Shown piece after piece: positions 41,153 through 50,744 of a stretch of DNA of 64,000 nucleotides (position 1 is the first letter of the stretch; each line of letters starts with the position of its first letter). The translations under genes were made by a program, and so were the position numbers. Where the stretch lies: positions 19,376 through 83,375 of the forward strand of contig PERG01000006.1 of the NCBI GenBank assembly GCA_002928535.1. Reading direction: 5' to 3'. Source of the stretch: Methylotenera sp. (GTDB taxonomy: Bacteria; Pseudomonadota; Gammaproteobacteria; Burkholderiales; Methylophilaceae). The notes beneath the pieces were generated by a model. The model was not told the origin of the DNA and did not search any database. It saw only the letters and a program-made list of their open reading frames with translations.

Positions 41153-42031
41153 ATGAAAACTCCTAAAAGACTTGAACCCCTCATCGAAGATGGCTTGGTT
41201 GATGAAGTCATTCGCCAACTGATGAGCGGCAAAGAAGCTACCGTATATGTGGTGCGCTGTGGGGAAGATATACGTTGTGCCAAGGTGTATAAAGAAGCCA
41301 ATAAACGGAGTTTTCGCCAAAGTGTCGATTACACCGAGGGCCGTAAAGTCAAGAGCAGCCGCCAGGCAAGGGCGATGGCTAAAGGCTCTAAATACGGCAA
41401 GCAAGCGCAAGAAGAAGCCTGGCAAAGTGCGGAAGTTGATGCGCTATATCGTCTGGCGGCGGCAGGCGTAAAAGTGCCCAAACCGTATAACTTTTACGAA
41501 GGCGTATTACTCATGGAGCTGGTCACTGACGCCAGCGGCAATGCCGCGCCGCGGTTAAACGACATCGTATTTAGTGCGGCAGATGCACGCAAATATCATC
41601 ACGTTCTGCTGAAAGAGGTGGTGCGGATGCTTTGCGCTGGCATCGTCCATGGGGACCTGTCTGAGTTCAATATATTACTTGGCAGCGAAGGCCCGGTGAT
41701 TATCGACTTGCCTCAAGCGGTAGATGCTGCCGGAAACAATCATGCTAGTACGATGTTGGAGCGGGATGTAGGTAATCTATCAGCCTTTTTTGGTCGATTC
41801 GCAGCTGAGCTGCTCACCACGCAATATGCCAAGGAAATATGGGCGCTTTATTCACAAGGGCTGTTATCTGAAGATACAGAATTAACCGGGCGCTTCAAGC
41901 AAGATACCAAACCCGTGGATTTGAAAAGTGTTATACGTGTGATCGATGCAGCGCGAGATGAAGAAGTAGCGAGACAAGTGCGTATTGCAGAAGCGGGTGC
42001 TACTGGTTTACAAAAGCACAGAAGCCGTTAA
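41153..42031 (+). CDS. RIO1-like atypical protein kinase
   Basis: SGKEATVY, CAKVYK, VHGDLSEFNIL, IIDLPQAV. Confidence 0.9.
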   Translation: MKTPKRLEPLIEDGLVDEVIRQLMSGKEATVYVVRCGEDIRCAKVYKEANKRSFRQSVDYTEGRKVKSSRQARAMAKGSKYGKQAQEEAWQSAEVDALYRLAAAGVKVPKPYNFYEGVLLMELVTDASGNAAPRLNDIVFSAADARKYHHVLLKEVVRMLCAGIVHGDLSEFNILLGSEGPVIIDLPQAVDAAGNNHASTMLERDVGNLSAFFGRFAAELLTTQYAKEIWALYSQGLLSEDTELTGRFKQDTKPVDLKSVIRVIDAARDEEVARQVRIAEAGATGLQKHRSR

Positions 42032-42201
42032 TTCATCAGCGGTTTATATTTGTAGTCATCTGTAAAAATACGCTTATGTAAGAATACCTTTATCCCCGAT
42101 ATTAATGCGTTTCATAAGTTCTTAAAATAGTTAAATAGGTGGAAGCAAATAGCCCACCAATAACGAAATCACTATTTTAATTTTATAAAGAGAACTTCCC
42201 A

Positions 42202-42702
42202 ATGAATAAGCGTTTAAGTTTTCTAACACTTGCATCAATTCTTTTCTCCACGCAAGTTTTTGCAGATAACAATGACAACAGTAACAATTCTGGCAGAATC
42301 AGTGAGGACAATATTTCACAAAGTCAGGCTAATCCTAATTGTGAATCTACTTATAAAGCGCGTCGCAACCCCGTTTATACTGCTTTTGCAGTTGCACCGT
42401 TGCCTTCGGCCACTTGTCGCAGTGGATCAGCACTAGGCATCCAGGGAATGGGGTTCGGTATCACAGGCGGCGGCGATAAAGCTGTGTTGAGCTGTGAAAT
42501 TAACGAAGCTGTACGTATTGCTGCAACTGTTCTGGGCGATCAAGTGACTGCGCTACACATCTTCTGCCAAAATGAACACGCGAAAGTGGCCCCAGCTTGC
42601 AAAGCCATAGCAGAACAAAAAACTGCTACTGCTGTGAGTATGGACAACTATTTCCTGAATGTGAATCCATTGACGAGCAGCCATACCGTTAAAAAGAATT
42701 AA
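42202..42702 (+). CDS. Secreted Cys-containing hypothetical protein
   Basis: Sec signal ending VFA-D; five Cys; Gly-rich hairpin segment. Confidence 0.7.
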   Translation: MNKRLSFLTLASILFSTQVFADNNDNSNNSGRISEDNISQSQANPNCESTYKARRNPVYTAFAVAPLPSATCRSGSALGIQGMGFGITGGGDKAVLSCEINEAVRIAATVLGDQVTALHIFCQNEHAKVAPACKAIAEQKTATAVSMDNYFLNVNPLTSSHTVKKN

Positions 42703-42858
42703 CAGCATGTGCCAGAGTCCACTATGAACAGATTGGCCAACAGCACAAGTTTAATGTTTATGTTGTAGCGTATGTGAAAGCATCAATATTCCAAGGCATC
42801 GGCGTTGTGAGGGATAATAGTGCCCACATCATTTTTTGCCATTTTTGGAATTATCACC

Positions 42859-45063
42859 ATGGAAATTAAAGTCAACTTTCTCGATAAGTTACGTCTTGAA
42901 GCCAAATTCGATGACTTTACGGTGATTTCCGACCAGCCTATTCGCTATAAAGGCGATGGCTCGGCGCCTGGCCCATTTGATTATTTTCTGGCCTCATCGG
43001 CCTTGTGTGCTGCTTATTTTGTCAAGTTGTACTGCAGCACGCGCAATATTTCTACCGAAAATATCCGTCTTTCACACAACAATATTGTGGATCCGGAAAA
43101 TCGCTACCAGCAGATTTTCAAGATCCAGGTCGAATTGCCGGCGGATATCTCTGACAAAGACCGGCAGGGGATCTTACGCTCCATAGACCGTTGCACGGTC
43201 AAGAAAGTAGTGCAAGCCGGGCCAGAGTTCGTGATTGAAGAAGTCGCAAATCTGGATGCCGATGCACAGGCGCTATTGGTGATGAATCCGACTTCTGCAG
43301 CAAATACCTATATCACGGGCAAGGATCTGCCGCTGGAGCAAACCATCGCTAATATGTCTGGCTTGCTTGCGAGCCTGGGCATTAAGATTGAAATCGCCTC
43401 GTGGCGCAATATCATCCCCAATGTGTGGTCCTTGCATATCCGCGATGCACACTCGCCGATGTGTTTCACCAACGGCAAAGGCGCCACCAAGGAAAGTGCG
43501 CTGGCGTCTGCGTTGGGCGAATATATAGAGCGGCTGAGCAACAACCATTTTTATGCCGGCTCTTACTGGGGTGAGGACATCGCCCAGGCCGAATTTGTAC
43601 ACTATCCCAATGAGCGCTGGTTCAAGCCGGGCCGCAAAGATGCGCTGCCGAAAGAGATTCTCGATGAATACACGCTGGGGATTTACAACCCCGATGGCGA
43701 GCTGCGCGGCTCACATTTGATCGACACTAATTCAGGCAATGGCGAACGCGGGATCTGTGCGTTGCCCTATGTGCGCCAATCAGATGGCGAAATTGTCTAT
43801 TTTCCGTCCAACCTGATTGAAAACCTCTACGTCAGCAATGGCATGAGTGCCGGCAACACGCTGGCCGAAGCGCAGGTGCAGTGTTTATCCGAAATATTCG
43901 AACGGGCAGTCAAACGCGAAATCCTCGAAGGTGAAATCGCTTTGCCGGATGTGCCGCAAGCAGTGCTGGCAAAATTTCCCGGCATCGTGGCCGGCATTCA
44001 GGAGTTGCAAGCGCAGGGCTTTCCGGTGCTAGTCAAGGATGCATCGCTGGGCGGGGAATACCCGGTAATGTGCGTCACCCTGATGAACCCGCGTACGGGA
44101 GGTGTGTTTGCTTCCTTCGGCGCGCATCCAAAACTGGAAGTAGCGCTGGAACGCAGCCTGACCGAATTGCTGCAAGGCCGCAGTTTTGAAGGCCTGAACG
44201 ATTTGCCGCAACCGACCTTTGCCAGCGAAGCGGTCACTGAGCCTAATAACTTTGTGGAACACTTTATTGATTCCAGCGGCATTGTGTCGTGGCGCTTTTT
44301 CAGCGCCAAATCGGATTACGAGTTTGTGGAGTGGGATTTTTCCGGCCAAGGCGAACATGCTAACGCAGAAGAAGCCGCTGCCTTGTTTGGCATGCTCGAA
44401 GCTATGGGCAAGGAAGCATACGTGGCGGTGTATGACCAGCTAGGCGCGACTGCCTGTCGCATCTTGGTACCGGGCTATTCAGAAGTCTATCCAATAGAAG
44501 ACCTAATCTGGGATAACACCAATAAATCACTGTTGTTCCGCGCAGATATCTTGAACCTGCATCGCCTGGATGATGCCAGCCTGGCAGCATTGCTGGAGCG
44601 CTTAGAGAATAACGAGCTGGATGATTATGGCGACATCGCCACCTTGATTGGCATCGAATTTGACGAGAACACCGACTGGGGCCAGCTCACCGTGCTGGAG
44701 TTAAAGCTATTGATTAATCTCGCCTTACAGCGATTTGATGAGGCGCATGAATTGGTGGGTGCTTTTCTGCAGTACAACGACAACACGATCGAGCGCGGAT
44801 TGTTTTACCAGGCCATGAATGTGGTGCTGGAGGCGTGGCTGGATGACGACCTTGAACTAGCCGATTACGTGGTTAACTTCCGCCGCATGTTTGGCGATGC
44901 CAGGATGGATGCGGTGATAGGCTCAGTCGAGGGCAGTGTACGTTTCTTTGGTTTGACACCAACCAGTATGAAATTGGAGGGGCTGGACAGGCACCACCGC
45001 CTGATCGACAGCTATAGAAAATTGCATACGGCTCGGGCCAATATGGCAACTACTGGCGGGTAA
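42859..45063 (+). CDS. OsmC-domain / YcaO-domain fusion protein
   Basis: N-terminal DQP...GDG.AP.P.D....S.ALC...RC OsmC fold; YcaO ATP-binding motifs NGKG, ALGEYIER, SNGMSAGN, SEIFER, LERSLTE. Confidence 0.9.
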   Translation: MEIKVNFLDKLRLEAKFDDFTVISDQPIRYKGDGSAPGPFDYFLASSALCAAYFVKLYCSTRNISTENIRLSHNNIVDPENRYQQIFKIQVELPADISDKDRQGILRSIDRCTVKKVVQAGPEFVIEEVANLDADAQALLVMNPTSAANTYITGKDLPLEQTIANMSGLLASLGIKIEIASWRNIIPNVWSLHIRDAHSPMCFTNGKGATKESALASALGEYIERLSNNHFYAGSYWGEDIAQAEFVHYPNERWFKPGRKDALPKEILDEYTLGIYNPDGELRGSHLIDTNSGNGERGICALPYVRQSDGEIVYFPSNLIENLYVSNGMSAGNTLAEAQVQCLSEIFERAVKREILEGEIALPDVPQAVLAKFPGIVAGIQELQAQGFPVLVKDASLGGEYPVMCVTLMNPRTGGVFASFGAHPKLEVALERSLTELLQGRSFEGLNDLPQPTFASEAVTEPNNFVEHFIDSSGIVSWRFFSAKSDYEFVEWDFSGQGEHANAEEAAALFGMLEAMGKEAYVAVYDQLGATACRILVPGYSEVYPIEDLIWDNTNKSLLFRADILNLHRLDDASLAALLERLENNELDDYGDIATLIGIEFDENTDWGQLTVLELKLLINLALQRFDEAHELVGAFLQYNDNTIERGLFYQAMNVVLEAWLDDDLELADYVVNFRRMFGDARMDAVIGSVEGSVRFFGLTPTSMKLEGLDRHHRLIDSYRKLHTARANMATTGG

Positions 45064-45178
45064 AACCACTTGGCTTTTTTGGGGCCTATTGAATGCAAAA
45101 AAACCCCAATAGCATGAATATAGTTAGATGCGGTGAGGTCACATGTTACCGATCATTACAGCTCATTTTCGCAAACAC

Positions 45179-45415
45179 TTACCGTTTGTAAATTTTATAT
45201 CTGAGAAAAAATACAATAAAAAGAATGGCAACTATGACAGCGAGCACTTGGGCAATATTGGTGTAAAGCAACATATTAGTAATATATTGCTGATCACAAT
45301 CAATCTTACAGTCTTTAACGGAATTGAAGTTGCTCCTGAAATAATTAGCAAGCAACTGAAGCACTATAAATGCGAATATTGACAAAACCAGTACAGCGCC
45401 TCTTTTCTTAGCCAT
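45179..45415 (-). CDS. Small two-TM hypothetical protein
   Basis: Two hydrophobic helices flanking a CxxxC loop; AAGG RBS; AT-rich. Confidence 0.5.
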   Translation of the reverse strand: MAKKRGAVLVLSIFAFIVLQLLANYFRSNFNSVKDCKIDCDQQYITNMLLYTNIAQVLAVIVAILFIVFFLRYKIYKR

Positions 45416-45479
45416 GATATGCCTTAAGTAATATGAGTAAGGTGTTTGTGATTTTCGGAAAAATTAGAAAACGACTAGT

Positions 45480-45656
45480 CTAATTCCAATCCGAACTTCT
45501 TATTTTTCGAGGATAACTCAACACCCTCATGATGATTTCTGTTGGGACGCCTGCATTTATGAGCATCTTACGTGCATCAAACTCACCCTTGAACTTGGAA
45601 AGGGCTAAAGCCTTATTCACTATTTGATCAAGTTTTTCATTGGTACGCTTATCCAT
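45480..45656 (-). CDS. 58-aa microprotein (not in ORF track), paralogue of 45674..45859
   Basis: Hand translation MDKRTNEKLDQIVNKALALSKFKGEFDARKMLINAGVPTEIIMRVLSYPRKIRSSDWN; RBS GAAAGG; 25/58 ungapped identities to its neighbour. Confidence 0.8.
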   Translation of the reverse strand: MDKRTNEKLDQIVNKALALSKFKGEFDARKMLINAGVPTEIIMRVLSYPRKIRSSDWN

Positions 45657-45673
45657 GATGATGACCTTTCTAT

Positions 45674-45859
45674 CTAAAACGCCGGATCGGTGCTTCTGAT
45701 GTTATGCGGCTCATATAAAACCCGTTCTATCACTGGCGTCGGTAAACCGGCTTTTTCCAACATTTTTCTGGCAGCGGCAAAACGTTTCTTGCGTGACATT
45801 TCAACGCTTTTTTTTACTACCGTTTCAAATAATTTATTATTGCGCTCGCCCATTGTCAT
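45674..45859 (-). CDS. ~60-aa basic microprotein
   Basis: Shares ARKML..AG.PT..I.RVL..P..IRS.D with the downstream ORF. Confidence 0.8.
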   Translation of the reverse strand: MTMGERNNKLFETVVKKSVEMSRKKRFAAARKMLEKAGLPTPVIERVLYEPHNIRSTDPAF

Positions 45860-46036
45860 ATTTCAATATAGTTAATTATTTTTTTACAATAATTAAATAA
45901 ATACTGCTTTGATATCAGAATTTACCGAAATTCTTGTCGGAATAATCCTTCTTTTTACTTTTCTATATTTATAATTTGTGAGGAAAATAAGGGTGAAGAA
46001 TCGAATCGCTCTATCTCTACCCAATATTAATCAGTG

Positions 46037-48133
46037 TTATAGCATTTCCCTGTATAGGGATTCCAAGGATTGCGCGAAGAACGCTGTATCGAAAAGTGGG
46101 GAGTCTGTTTTGGCCTGCGCCAGGCGGGTTTTGAGTGTTAATAAGGCTTGAGGGTCGGTGGCGTAGTGCAAAGCCTTCGCCACATAAGATTGCAAATCAT
46201 TCGTCACAAGCTCAGGTAAGCCGGCAGCATTTAGCAGGCTGCCCGCTACGCGCGAAGCAAAGGTTTCGCCTGCACATGTAAGCACAGGCAATCCCATCCA
46301 TAAGGCATCGCTACAAGTGGTATGGGCATTGTAGGGCAGGGTATCAAGAAACAGGTCTGCGTGGGCATGACGGGCAAGATGTTCCTCAATGGGTACACGC
46401 GGAGCAAAAATGAGTCGGGTTTGATCGATGCCTGCCTTTTCAGCTTCATTTTGCAGATTCTGCTTTGCCCAGGCGTTGCATTCCATGAGCCAAAGCACAC
46501 TGTTGGGCAGGGCTTTTAGCAGCCGCATCCATACAGCAAATATTGCGGGCGTGATCTTAAAGGTCTGGTTGAAGCAGCAAAATACAAACTGATCTGCAGG
46601 TAGCTTACAGGCTTCACGACTCGGTACTTTTCCTACCGGACGTTTTCTATCGTTGGGCTGATACACCAGTGGTAAGGCTGCGATTTTTTCTGCGTAATGC
46701 TGTGCAGTTTCGGCCGGGCTGATAAAACGGTCGGTAATGATGTAATCGAATAAAGGATGGCTGCTATCACCTTCCACATAAGATCCCATCGTGCCAGGGA
46801 ATCCCAACCAATTCACATTTACAGGTGCGGGCCTTAATGCGGCGATTCCACTCCGGCTAGTTTGAGTAAAACCGGTTAGGTCCACCAGGATATCGATGCC
46901 GCAACTGTGTATTTTGGCGGCGGCTTCTGTTTCCGGCAGGAGGCGGATGTCATGAAACTGGTCAAACGCTTTCTCAAGCCTGTGGCGTGCCGCGGATTGA
47001 TCATTGACCCCAAACGAGAAACCTATGACTTCAAACTGGCTGCGGTCGTGCAACTCGATCAATTCACTGATCAAAAAAGCCAACGGATGCAAACGAAAAT
47101 CGGCTGATAAGTAGCCGATGCGGATTTTCCTGTCCTGTTTTAAGGGTTGATACGAAAAGTTAAGGGCTTGGGCTTGGGCAAATAATGGCGCATAACGTAG
47201 TTTTACCCACTGGTCAGCACATTGCTTTTGTTCTGCCATCGTCGTGCCTGGCATCGCCAGAAATGCAAAAGGCGACACTTGGGCAAGAGGTTGCGTTTTA
47301 ACCCAACTCCGGATTTCTTCAATACTAACGGTTAAGTCCTGCCAATCACAGATATGCTGCTTTTGATGCACTAAATGGACCTTGGCATGGTAAAGCTGTG
47401 GGTTGAGCTTTAGCGCCTGCTCATAGCTAGCAATTGCTTTATCCAGCTGGCCCAATTCGCGCTTTACATTGCCCAGATTATTATAGGCATCCGCATCTTC
47501 AGGCGCATGCTGTATGGCTTGCCGGTAGTGCTGTTCTGCCTCTGCCAGTTTGCCTAATTCGCGTAGTGCGTTGGCCAGGTTGTAATGCAGCGTAGCATCT
47601 TGTGAGCTTAAGTTAATGGCTTCTTTAAATGCGGTTTCAGCTGCAGAAAATTGACTTGTTTGATGTGCGATATTGCCAGCAGATGTTAAACAATGCACCA
47701 ATGCGGCACGAATATCTTCCCGCTTGCTTGCTTGTAACAAGCGGCGATAATAAGTTGCGGCTTCATCAAAGCGGGAGATTTCTAATAGCGTATTTGCCAG
47801 ATTCAGTTGTATGCCAAGATCTTTGGGTTGCAGCAACAAGGCTTGCTGAAAACTTTTAAGCGCAGCTTCAAATTGTTGGCAAGCTTGTAAAGCCAGGCCA
47901 TGATTATTCAGGTAATCGGTGTTGCGGGGATGGTTGAGCAATGCTTTAGCAATGTATTCAACGGCTAATTGCGGCCGTTGCGTTTGGTAGCAGACCAGCC
48001 CCAGCATATGCAGCGCATCAGCATGCTGGGCTTGTAATTGCAGTGCGGCCACATATAGCCGTTCGGCTTCGGCCAATCCACCATTCAGGTGGTGCTGATA
48101 GGCTTGCTGATAAAGGGTGTGGGCGCTTTGCAT
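46037..48133 (-). CDS. TPR-containing O-GlcNAc transferase-like glycosyltransferase (GT41/SPINDLY family)
   Basis: Multiple TPRs, RIGYLSADFRLHP, WLGFPGT, FNQTFKI, DLFLDTLPYNAHTTCSDALWMGLPV. Confidence 0.9.
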   Translation of the reverse strand: MQSAHTLYQQAYQHHLNGGLAEAERLYVAALQLQAQHADALHMLGLVCYQTQRPQLAVEYIAKALLNHPRNTDYLNNHGLALQACQQFEAALKSFQQALLLQPKDLGIQLNLANTLLEISRFDEAATYYRRLLQASKREDIRAALVHCLTSAGNIAHQTSQFSAAETAFKEAINLSSQDATLHYNLANALRELGKLAEAEQHYRQAIQHAPEDADAYNNLGNVKRELGQLDKAIASYEQALKLNPQLYHAKVHLVHQKQHICDWQDLTVSIEEIRSWVKTQPLAQVSPFAFLAMPGTTMAEQKQCADQWVKLRYAPLFAQAQALNFSYQPLKQDRKIRIGYLSADFRLHPLAFLISELIELHDRSQFEVIGFSFGVNDQSAARHRLEKAFDQFHDIRLLPETEAAAKIHSCGIDILVDLTGFTQTSRSGIAALRPAPVNVNWLGFPGTMGSYVEGDSSHPLFDYIITDRFISPAETAQHYAEKIAALPLVYQPNDRKRPVGKVPSREACKLPADQFVFCCFNQTFKITPAIFAVWMRLLKALPNSVLWLMECNAWAKQNLQNEAEKAGIDQTRLIFAPRVPIEEHLARHAHADLFLDTLPYNAHTTCSDALWMGLPVLTCAGETFASRVAGSLLNAAGLPELVTNDLQSYVAKALHYATDPQALLTLKTRLAQAKTDSPLFDTAFFAQSLESLYREML

Positions 48134-48227
48134 GAGTGATAAATGGTAATTTTTATAGATTTTACCTGATGGAAACTGTTAACTTCATGTGAATAATGAC
48201 TTAGGGTAAAAATTCTGAAATAAAAAT

Positions 48228-49421
48228 CTATGGAATTAAATGCTGGGCCAGCTGCTTTAACCCTAATTTCCGCAAAATAAAGCGGTTAGGCTGTAATGCA
48301 TTCAATAGCGTATTTGGCGCGGGAGAGGGTAGATCAAATGCGTGATCTGCGATGACTTGTGCACATAAAGGTGCGCTTAAAAAACCTTTAGAGCCATGGC
48401 CGATATTGACATATAAACCGGTCAGCCACGGTAATTTGGCAGGATCATCGTTGTAATAAAACTTGCCGGTCATTAAGGCCTGTGCATCCAACAACTGCCC
48501 GGCTGCTGGAAGATAATCCGGCGTCTGGCTGCGCCAGGCAACACGTCCCGAAATCACTTTATTTTGCAATGCCTGGTTCAGCCCGGGAGATATGTCTTCC
48601 AGAAGTTGCAGATTACTTTCATGGTCTGCAGTGCGTAGCGTGGCATCGCTATCCTGTTGGCTAAAGCTTGCACCCAGGTAATGCACTTGGTCAATCGCAG
48701 GTGTGATATAGCCATCGGCACACACAATCGTTTTTAGATGTGCGCTTTCTGGAGTGGCTTTCAAATAACTCAATTGGCCGCGTACTGCCGCCAGCGGGAT
48801 GTGCTGACTTTGGGGCAACAGCGTGGCGTCATTGGCATTCGCAATGACAATAATATCTGCGGCATGCTTCATACCATTGGCCGATATGACTTGCCATTGT
48901 TGCGAGCGCTCAATGCGAAGCGCTGTGTGATGTTGAAGTACTTGTATATTGGCGTGGGTTGTCAGTACATGGCATAAAGCCTGTAAATTAATGCCGCCAG
49001 CTTGAGGAAAATATATGGCTTCATGTTGTAAAGTAAGGTCAGCCAATTGGCTTAACTGAACGGCATCCATTCGTTTAAAAAGTGCAGTATTTTGATACGC
49101 GCTGACAAGTGCAGGTAACCGTGCCTGGGCTTTTTGATTATTAAGCAATTGCGCCACGCCACAGGCTAGATAATGGCAGCGTTTAACACCCAGAGATTCA
49201 ATTAACTTAAGGCTGTGCAAATAACCGTGCAGATTAAGCTGTTCCAGTGAAGTATTTTGTCCGGTAAGCCTTGGATAGAGCACTGCCAATGGATTGCCGG
49301 ATGCTTCCGCAGCGAGTGTGGCCTGGCGTTCCAGTAATGTGACAGCAAAACCACGTTGTGCCAAAGTATAAGCACTGCTGCATCCGGCAATTCCACCGCC
49401 AATAATGATTGCAGATTTCAT
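48228..49421 (-). CDS. mnmC: FAD-dependent cmnm5s2U34 oxidoreductase (MnmC C-terminal domain)
   Basis: IIGGGIAG, ASGN, RGQLS, GHGSKG, L.PNRF. Confidence 0.87.
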   Translation of the reverse strand: MKSAIIIGGGIAGCSSAYTLAQRGFAVTLLERQATLAAEASGNPLAVLYPRLTGQNTSLEQLNLHGYLHSLKLIESLGVKRCHYLACGVAQLLNNQKAQARLPALVSAYQNTALFKRMDAVQLSQLADLTLQHEAIYFPQAGGINLQALCHVLTTHANIQVLQHHTALRIERSQQWQVISANGMKHAADIIVIANANDATLLPQSQHIPLAAVRGQLSYLKATPESAHLKTIVCADGYITPAIDQVHYLGASFSQQDSDATLRTADHESNLQLLEDISPGLNQALQNKVISGRVAWRSQTPDYLPAAGQLLDAQALMTGKFYYNDDPAKLPWLTGLYVNIGHGSKGFLSAPLCAQVIADHAFDLPSPAPNTLLNALQPNRFILRKLGLKQLAQHLIP

Positions 49422-49431
49422 GGCTGTAGTT

Positions 49432-50169
49432 TCATGGTTTTGGTTTATCAGACACTGTATCAAGTTCATCTGAATAGTGACCAACTAACATTTCACGTTT
49501 TCTGCCAAACCCAGGCCGTTTTTGCACTTTAAAACCAGCTGCAATTAAATTGCGCCGCACGTCGCCAGCACTGGTAAACGTCGCAAATGTGGTACCAGCA
49601 TGCGATAAGCGCGCCATATTGCTGAATAATGCAGGCTGCCACATATCTGGGTTTTTAGCGGGGGCGAAGCCATCTAACAACCATGCATCAGCTGGGCTAT
49701 TCAGCATGGCTAATTGTGTTACTGCATCACCTATTAGTAATGTTAAGCGAATTCGACCATCGGATATTGAGATACTTTCACCGTTTAACATTGCGGGGTA
49801 GTGTGCTAAAAAAACTTGCTTGTAAGACGTTAAATCAGGCCATAAATCCAGCGCTGTTTTGAGATCTTGCAAAGTCAGCGGATATTTTTCCACGCTAATG
49901 AAATGCAAAGTGGCGTCTGATGGCGCTGTCTCCAGCCACAATTGGCAGCAGCATAAGAAATTGAGGCCAGTACCAAAGCCGGTTTCAATAACGGTGAAGT
50001 GCTGGGTTTGTAGCGCTTGCCAGCGTTCTGCCAGGCGATTACCTTGCAGAAAGACATATTGGGTTTCCTGTAAGCCATTGTCACTGGAAAAGTATACGTC
50101 CTCGAACTGGGATGAATAGGGCTGATGGTCCCGCCATTCCAGAGCGCTTGAAGGATTCGAGTTTTGCAT
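49432..50169 (-). CDS. mnmD: tRNA mnm5s2U34 methyltransferase (MnmC N-terminal domain)
   Basis: DVYFS, ETGFGTGLNF, DAWLLDGFAPAKNPDMW, GFGRKREM. Confidence 0.92.
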   Translation of the reverse strand: MQNSNPSSALEWRDHQPYSSQFEDVYFSSDNGLQETQYVFLQGNRLAERWQALQTQHFTVIETGFGTGLNFLCCCQLWLETAPSDATLHFISVEKYPLTLQDLKTALDLWPDLTSYKQVFLAHYPAMLNGESISISDGRIRLTLLIGDAVTQLAMLNSPADAWLLDGFAPAKNPDMWQPALFSNMARLSHAGTTFATFTSAGDVRRNLIAAGFKVQKRPGFGRKREMLVGHYSDELDTVSDKPKP

Positions 50170-50413
50170 TCCCGCATATTACTAGAGTTAATACCTAATT
50201 TGAACATGGCGACAGCAGGGGTCAGCGAGCAGAAATAATACTTAACTAACTCGGAACTGGATTTAGCGCAAAGCTGATTGCCATTATTTAATATTAATCC
50301 GGATTTGGTGGCTAACAGGCGATGAATCTCAATGTTTCGCGCATTAAAAGCCGTTAATCAATATATGGAGATTTTCACATTAATTCTATTTAAATAAGCG
50401 ATGGATACAAAGG

Positions 50414-50452
50414 TGTGCGACCGCACATACAAATAATTTTTTTTAACATAAT
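50414..50452 (+). promoter_or_regulatory. Conserved promoter/operator of small lipoprotein copy 2
   Basis: TGTGCG-AC-CGCACA palindrome, then N19, then CATAAT. Confidence 0.5.
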
Positions 50453-50496
50453 GTAATTATTCGGGGGATTCTCTCTATTAAAAAGGAGTTTTTATA

Positions 50497-50733
50497 ATGA
50501 CAAAAATGAATGTTTGGAAATTATTGGCGCTAGCCACTGTTGTTTTATATGTAGGATGTGCGGCCACAAAACCACACACTAACGCAGGCACTGCTGGAGA
50601 GGCAAAAATTTCTGGTACAGGTGATGCCAGCAGTGGGGCTGGTACGGGCGAAGGTGCTACTGACCCAGTGAGCGGTGGCACAGGAAATGCCACTAGTGGT
50701 GCAGGCACAGGTAGTGGCGGTTCAACTAAATAG
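50497..50733 (+). CDS. Small Gly/Ser/Thr-rich lipoprotein (copy 2)
   Basis: RBS AAGGAG, signal peptide ending LYVG-C, paralogue of 35244..35480. Confidence 0.85.
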   Translation: MTKMNVWKLLALATVVLYVGCAATKPHTNAGTAGEAKISGTGDASSGAGTGEGATDPVSGGTGNATSGAGTGSGGSTK

Positions 50734-50744
50734 TTTGTAACTTC

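Noticed and set aside
45143-45382. 79-aa plus-strand ORF
   Set aside because: Antisense shadow of the more plausible two-TM ORF at 45179..45415.
35244-50733. Ser/Thr/Gly-rich peptides as RiPP precursors for the YcaO fusion
   Set aside because: They carry lipoprotein signal peptides, lie 5-7 kb from ycaO, and no E1/RRE, dehydrogenase, protease or exporter gene is present.
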